Assembly: GCF_009914755.1 (NCBI RefSeq)
Contig: NC_060937.1
Direction: 5' to 3' (one strand)
Origin: the human T2T-CHM13v2.0 reference genome, Homo sapiens
Length of the DNA: 64,000 nt
A program made the position numbers and the translations under genes. The notes beneath the pieces are model-generated. The model was given only the letters and a program-made list of their open reading frames with translations. It had not been told where the DNA came from and ran no database searches. Of the stretch, positions 57,471 to 64,000 are shown in pieces (within the stretch, counting starts at the first letter, position 1; every line of letters starts with the position of its first letter).

Positions 57471-58334
57471 CCTAGAGAGAGGCAAAGGCTTTCATAGACA
57501 TCACTTGGCAGACTAATTCCTAATTAGGGTTTTGCTACAGGTGGCCTTGAGTTTAAGTGGTTTTATATTTGTGTATAATAACAGCCAAGGCTTTTCATTT
57601 ATGCTAGGTTCACTTCAGGCCTCTTTTAACAAAAGAATCTGATAATTGTTGTAGCTCTGCCTGTGTAGTCCACATGGGTGGTTCGGTGGCTTGAGAGGAA
57701 ATCCATTTGTGCTCCACCCATTAAATAGAAGGATAGAAGACCAGGCTGAGAAAAAGTGCCTGTGAGCACCGTGATAATCTGTGAAAAGGTAAAAGCATTT
57801 GTCAAGACTGGCAATGATGACAAGGAAGAATGTTAAGTGCAAATACATTCCATTTCAAGCCAGTAAGAGGCACATGAAATGTGTGATCGGCAGCGGCACA
57901 ATGCAGCGAGACAATGACACCTCCCTGACAACCAAAAATTCTGCAGGATACTTACCGCTGCTGGTTTTTGCCACCAAGTCATTTTCTTTCAAAAGCAAAA
58001 GGCTTGTAGAACTTTATGGTGAAAACCTGGCTATTTAATTGCATTTTTACTATTTTCCACCAAATCCATATTTTCCAAGACCTTGATCTCGCCACCCATG
58101 ATTTGGTTAACCATGGTATTCTTCAAGACCACAACCTCTGTTTACTTTGATTACAAGTCTAAGCCAAGTACAAGATTTTGTAAAGAATTTTGGAGGAGGA
58201 CACCGATGTCCCAGCAGAAGACGGCATGAGACCAACGTGGGAGCCAGAAGAGAGAGGTTCCTGGCTGGCCCAGGTCTAGTCCCTTAGTCACACACGTCAA
58301 AGTTCATCACTAGGGTGTTAGTGAAGAGGAAATG

Positions 58335-58930
<596 letters not shown>

Positions 58931-59544
58931 CTAGCAGGGTAGTCCTGCCAGGAACCCATTTATATGAAGGGTTGAGGAAACCTCATCCTAAAGAAAGAGG
59001 AAGTTAGACAGACCAGTGTGGTCCTGTAACCAAGGCCCCTATTAAAACAGAGTTGATTCTGACTGTGGCCAGACCTCTGTCATTCAGGTATGCATCTCAG
59101 CCCAGCACCCAAGGACTTGGGTTTAAGAGAGGGCAAGAAAGTCAAACCCTAAAATTTGAGGACTCTGTTCTCTCTAAAAATTGTATAACACGCTGCAGGA
59201 AAAGGCTGAAGTGCTTAGCACCTCACCAACAGAGGCTAACACAGGACTTCTGCAGTGACCAGAGCCTGGCTTTGGTGGCTCACAGGCCCCAGCGAAGCAT
59301 CATGCCCACACAGGAGGGGAGGACATGAGACAGTTTCTCAAAGAGTTGAAAATCATAGCTGATCTCATACATCTCAATCGCTCACTGAAGAGGACAAATA
59401 TTATCTGTTGAGAACAGTTACTTTAAGTAATCCCTTGTAAATGAGGCCAAATGAACAGGCAGGAGCACATTACTATACTGGAATAAACTCATGGAATAAA
59501 TTTGTGTCTGAGATTGCTTCTGCGAAATGATAGTGTGGCCACAT

Positions 59545-59950
59545 ATTCATTCATTTACTCATTCGTTCCAACACTTACCGAGAGTCTCTGTACTAGGCTT
59601 TATATTAGGTGCCAGCGGTCTAAGGACAGCTAAGACATGGGGTCTCTACCAAAGAGAAAGGACACAGACACATAAAATCCTGACAATGCAAAGTGAGAAT
59701 TACTGAAGGAGGAGTACACCTCAGGGCTAGAGGAGAGCAGAAGAAATGGCAAGTGCTGTCTGGGAGCTACAAGGAGGAGCTCCCAGAGATGGTGATTACT
59801 GGGCTGGATCTTGCCAGCAGGAGAGGAGGAGACACAGAGGGAGGGAAAAGGTCTTGCAGGCAGACGAGCAGCATGAACAGAGTGATGAAAGTGAAGGCAC
59901 CTCTGAAGAAGGGGGAATAATTTGTTTGACTAGGGTAGAGTTTGTGTAGC
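59545..59950 (-). mobile_element. L2 fragment
   Basis: attcattcatttactcattcgttccaaca... followed by degraded L2 body. Confidence 0.65.
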
Positions 59951-60299
59951 TGGAACCCAGTGTGTGTGTGGAGAGAAGTGGCGAAAGACAAAGCTAGTAC
60001 CATAAGCCACAAGTATGTAAGCCACAGCTGTTCAGGAAAAGGATACCAAGTGCTCATAAGGAAAGTTAATCTTCTCATCAAATCTCTTGGCATGCTACTA
60101 AGCAGCCATCATTTTGATTCTTAGTTTAAACCCCTTATGTGCGTTAAGAAAATAGAAGAAAACTTCATATTAAAAAGATGTCATTTCGAAAGAAATTTTA
60201 GCACTGTAATAATGTTAGTCAATAAATATTTGAACATCTGTCTTCCGTCTGGGGAAGAGGAAATACACCAGTGAAGAAGAGATGTTGTCTGTAGCAGGA

Positions 60300-60432
60300 A
60301 CATCAGGTTCTGTTCCTAGGCCTGCCGCTAGCCAGCTGTTGACCTTGAAAAACAGCACTGGCCTCCTCTGGGCCGGTTTTCTCATCTCTGGCATGAGTAG
60401 ATTGGGTCAATGAGGTTCCATCTAGCTCTTAC
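60300..60432 (+). mobile_element. MIR3-like SINE fragment
   Basis: ggttctgttcctagg...gctgttgaccttg...cctctctgggccggttttctcatct. Confidence 0.65.
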
Positions 60433-63400
60433 AACGTGTGTGTGTATCTGTGAGACAAGATCAAGTTCCTCAAAGAGCTCAAAATTGAGGAAAGGAGCAG
60501 CAATCAGAAACAGCTTTCAGGCATCCAGCTTTACCAAGATGGATGGGAAATCCCCAGGAATTCTTGACATCTCCCCACATCCGCCCCAGCGGCAATGCAG
60601 GAAATCTAGTCCACTATCTTCAGCAGACTCAATGCAACTGTTTCCTTAATGAACCCCCCTGCAGCCCCGTGAGCTAAGTCAGAGGCTTTCTTTTCAAGCC
60701 CTCCCTCAAATACCCCATTCCTCCAATTTCCTTCCCCTCCCTCAATCTGGTATAAAATCCAGCAATTTAATCAGCAGCATGCAATTTCCACAGCACCCAA
60801 GAGTGTGAGGAACCACCAGTGATCCTGGAAAGCATCTGGCAGGAGATCTTGTCATTTCTTACAAGCCTCTCCTATAAACGAAGGCCAATGGAGCAGAATG
60901 GACTGTTCGGTTCTACCAAATTGCTTAAACCAAATGCCACAGATGGTCTATACTTTTAACTACTCACAGTAATATATTTTTACTTAAAAAAAAGTCTGGT
61001 ATGATTTCAAATGCCCTTCCTCCCCTACCTGCAATGACAAATGCACTGAAAAATGATGATATTTACTTGATACCCAACACACCCCTAACTGTGAGATCCA
61101 AACCAAGAATTAGACACGCCTGGCCTCTACTAACACCAGCAGGCTTCGCATTTAACATTCACGTGCCAAGATAGCTTCTCTCACTTTTTCTCCATTCTTA
61201 TCCCCACCCACATACACATATCAGTTTAAAGCACTACAGAAGCTACTTACTCTGTTATTTGTTCTTGTCTTGCCCAACTGCCCAAGCCAGGTCAAATATC
61301 AGCCATAACTCTGCTGTGTAGATCTCAATAGGCTGCATAACCTTCCTCGAGGACATTACATTATTTTGGTCAATATGAAACCATTTTTGGTAACACATCA
61401 CCTTCAACTTCCATATTAAATAAATTTAAAGTAGACTTAGAAATGTCTCGATCATTTTTGGAAAGAACAAAGTAATTACTTGGTTTGTTTCTTAAAAGTC
61501 ACGTAAAGTAGACTCAATTTTAAATAAGGGGTTTAGTATCCCTGTTAAAATCTGGAACTTTTTTTAAAAGAATAAAGCCATTCTGTTAATCAAATAAGTG
61601 TTAGCTTTAAAAATTCAAGAAATAAATAGGGGTTTAAAATGACTGCTATCCTTAGAAGAGTTAATGCAACTAGAGTTTTGAGGGAGCATCTACTTTATAG
61701 AGTTATACATTCTGCTAGTGAAAAAAGCCCAAGATAAAGATGACTGCTGGCTCAGGCATCCTCTACCAGCCCATCTCTTCCAAAACAGCCTATTCAAGGC
61801 CAAATTGACTGGCTGTTTAGGTACATGCTACTAAAGAAAAAGAAAGTTTAATGTGATTAGCAGGGGAAACCCAGTTCATCCTAACAGCCCCAGCATCATA
61901 TGGTTTCTCATCCACTCTATATACAAATATAAATAAGGTGGGGAAGAGAAAAGAGAAAGACAGACACGGTGTTCAGGCCATTTCTTGGAATCATTCATTG
62001 AATTTTGGAGTCAGAAAAGGGCCTTAGAAATCAACCACCTATACTAACGTCTTCATTTTACATACGAAAACAAAGTACCCACTTGGTGATCGTTAGAAAA
62101 GAAACCAGATAGCCTATTATAGAATGTCCAACAGGGAAATTTAAAAAATGTAACAAAGTGCTAAAATAGTAAGCAACAATATTTGAGGAACTGGAGTAAG
62201 TAGTCACCTACAGTTCCTTTGTAACATGATGCTTCAGTTGGAAAACTGTAGGCTGCCAAAGCTCCTAAATAATTAATATTTCGAATATGCAATTTAGACC
62301 AAAAAAAAGTGCAGCTTCATAAAACCTTGGAGAAAACAACAAAAATTGTTACAAAAAATTAACTTTATTATAAGAGATTTATTACATTCAATTTGAAATA
62401 GGTATTTTCATGTGCACTTTGATTTAATATTATTAATATGGACTTCCTTCACAAAATTCACAATTTCAGTATTTCCACTTAGTTATAGTAAATTGTAAAT
62501 GTTAGCTGTTCAAGAACTCAAGAAAAATGAGGGCAAAGAAAAAGGTCTGTAGCTTTCATCCAGGTTGTGATACCTTAAAAGTAAGAAATGAGACTCAGAG
62601 CTGGAGAAAGAGGACTGGTATCCTTTATAGAGAAAGAGCAATAGAGAGGACTTGAAAGTATCTGAATTATTGGCATCTTTTTATTTCCCAGAATGTCTGG
62701 AAGAGGTAAATAAGCGCTTTAGAGGGGAAAGGCATTATCTTTTTGTAATACTGAGCCTCTGGTTATTTTACCTCTCAATGCATGTGCACACCAGGCATGC
62801 ACACACACAGAATATTAATAGCTGATAAGTATTCAAAGATTACATAGTACCTGAAGGAAGGCAGACCCAGGTTCATAATGACGCAAGAGAACTCTGCAGT
62901 GGGGAACCGTGGCTTCTTACTAGACATTGCTTCCCGGATATGCAGCCTCTCAGTTGAGCATGAAAGCCCTGATGCGGTTTGTAAAGTAGGCGGTAGCTGA
63001 TTGTTTTACTGTGAGATGCTTGTTAACCAGACAGAGAAACTATGAGTTTTCAAAAGCACCCATGATGCCGACTGAGCTAACATGAACTAACAGAGTGTTC
63101 TGTTAACTGTTAGGTAAAGAGGTTCTCAGCTTGCCAATGTTAGTCCTTTCTTCCCAAAAAAGTGCAAATAAAAAAAAAAAAGAAATTCAGAGTTGCAAAA
63201 CTGCTGCCCCATTTAAGTAAATTATAATCTAAGAAAAATCACAAGAGGATCCCACTCACATTTCTGTAAAGTTTCCACTGATCTAAGATGCTTCCAATTA
63301 CAAAGAAAACGATGCTTCACTAAAGTCAGCATGTTTTCAAAATAAAGATATAATTATGTGAAGCAGAAAATCTAATAAATCACGTACTTTTCCCTCCGTA

Positions 63401-63854
63401 ATTTTAGATTCATGTAATTTAGCTAGATTTATCTTTACATAATAGTCGAGTGAGGTATTTAAATTCTCTAAGCAATTATATTTTAATACAAGTGACTTTT
63501 CAAAACAAAAAATGTATTTGTGAAATAGAAAATACAACATTTTATTTAATATAGTTATGTTAGCACCTTTCCCAACCTACAGTGAGTTCTCAGAAGTTAC
63601 CACTTCGCCCTGTCTCCGGGTTTAGTAGTTTCTCCAATCTAATTGGAACTATTACTTGTTACTTGGAAACTGACGGTCTAGTTAGTCTTCCCACTGAGAA
63701 AGAATATTTAATTATTACTGCTTTTTGGGTTTAACAAGCTTTTTGTTGTTGTTGTTGTTGTACTACGCTCCATCCTATTGACTTTTCTTCCCGGGAATCA
63801 TTGCAATGACTTATTTTATATTACTATATTTTATTTCATATTTTACCTTTTCTC

Positions 63855-64000
63855 CACGATGCTTAAAAGAAAGGCGCTCCGAAATCTGGCTCTCTGCGCC
63901 CAGGGGAACGAGGCACAAATCTCCGCCACTCAGCCCCACTGAGCAGAGACTGCGAGTCCGAACCCTCAAGTTCCTCGGGGCTTTGACCCCTCAATGGCGG
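63855..64000. promoter_or_regulatory. Shore of the FLT1 exon 1/promoter CpG island (5' end of intron 1)
   Basis: Abrupt rise in GC and CpG over the last ~145 bp after AT-rich DNA. Exon 1 (signal peptide) is not in the window and must lie to the right. Confidence 0.6.

Overview
Eukaryotic, primate (almost certainly human) genomic DNA: the 5' part of FLT1 (VEGFR1) on the minus strand. Seven coding exons (exons 2-8; 97, 227, 125, 163, 137, 175 and 118 bp) have canonical AG/GT boundaries and splice in frame into Ig-like domains 1-3 and the start of Ig4. The rest is intron, including a 28.5 kb intron 3 and about 26 kb of intron 1. CpG density rises at the right edge, consistent with exon 1 and its CpG island lying just outside the window. 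Introns are filled with Alu, L1, L2, MIR, MaLR/ERV1 LTRs, hAT DNA-transposon relics and microsatellites, and almost all other ORFs in the track are repeat-derived or chance. I see no new gene or prokaryote-type system. The best leads are: a MER50-like solo LTR in intron 3 (candidate placental/endothelial enhancer); intron read-through ORFs with nearby AATAAA that could give short soluble receptors; inverted Alus around a 324-nt stop-free exon 2-3 unit; a hairpin over the exon 2 acceptor with an in-frame alternative AG; an L1 3' transduction; an apparent retrocopy of an LTR-terminated transcript; and an (AAAGG)n/(AGGGGG)n Alu-tail repeat. Repeat family names and exon numbering come from recall, not from a database search, and old-repeat boundaries are approximate.
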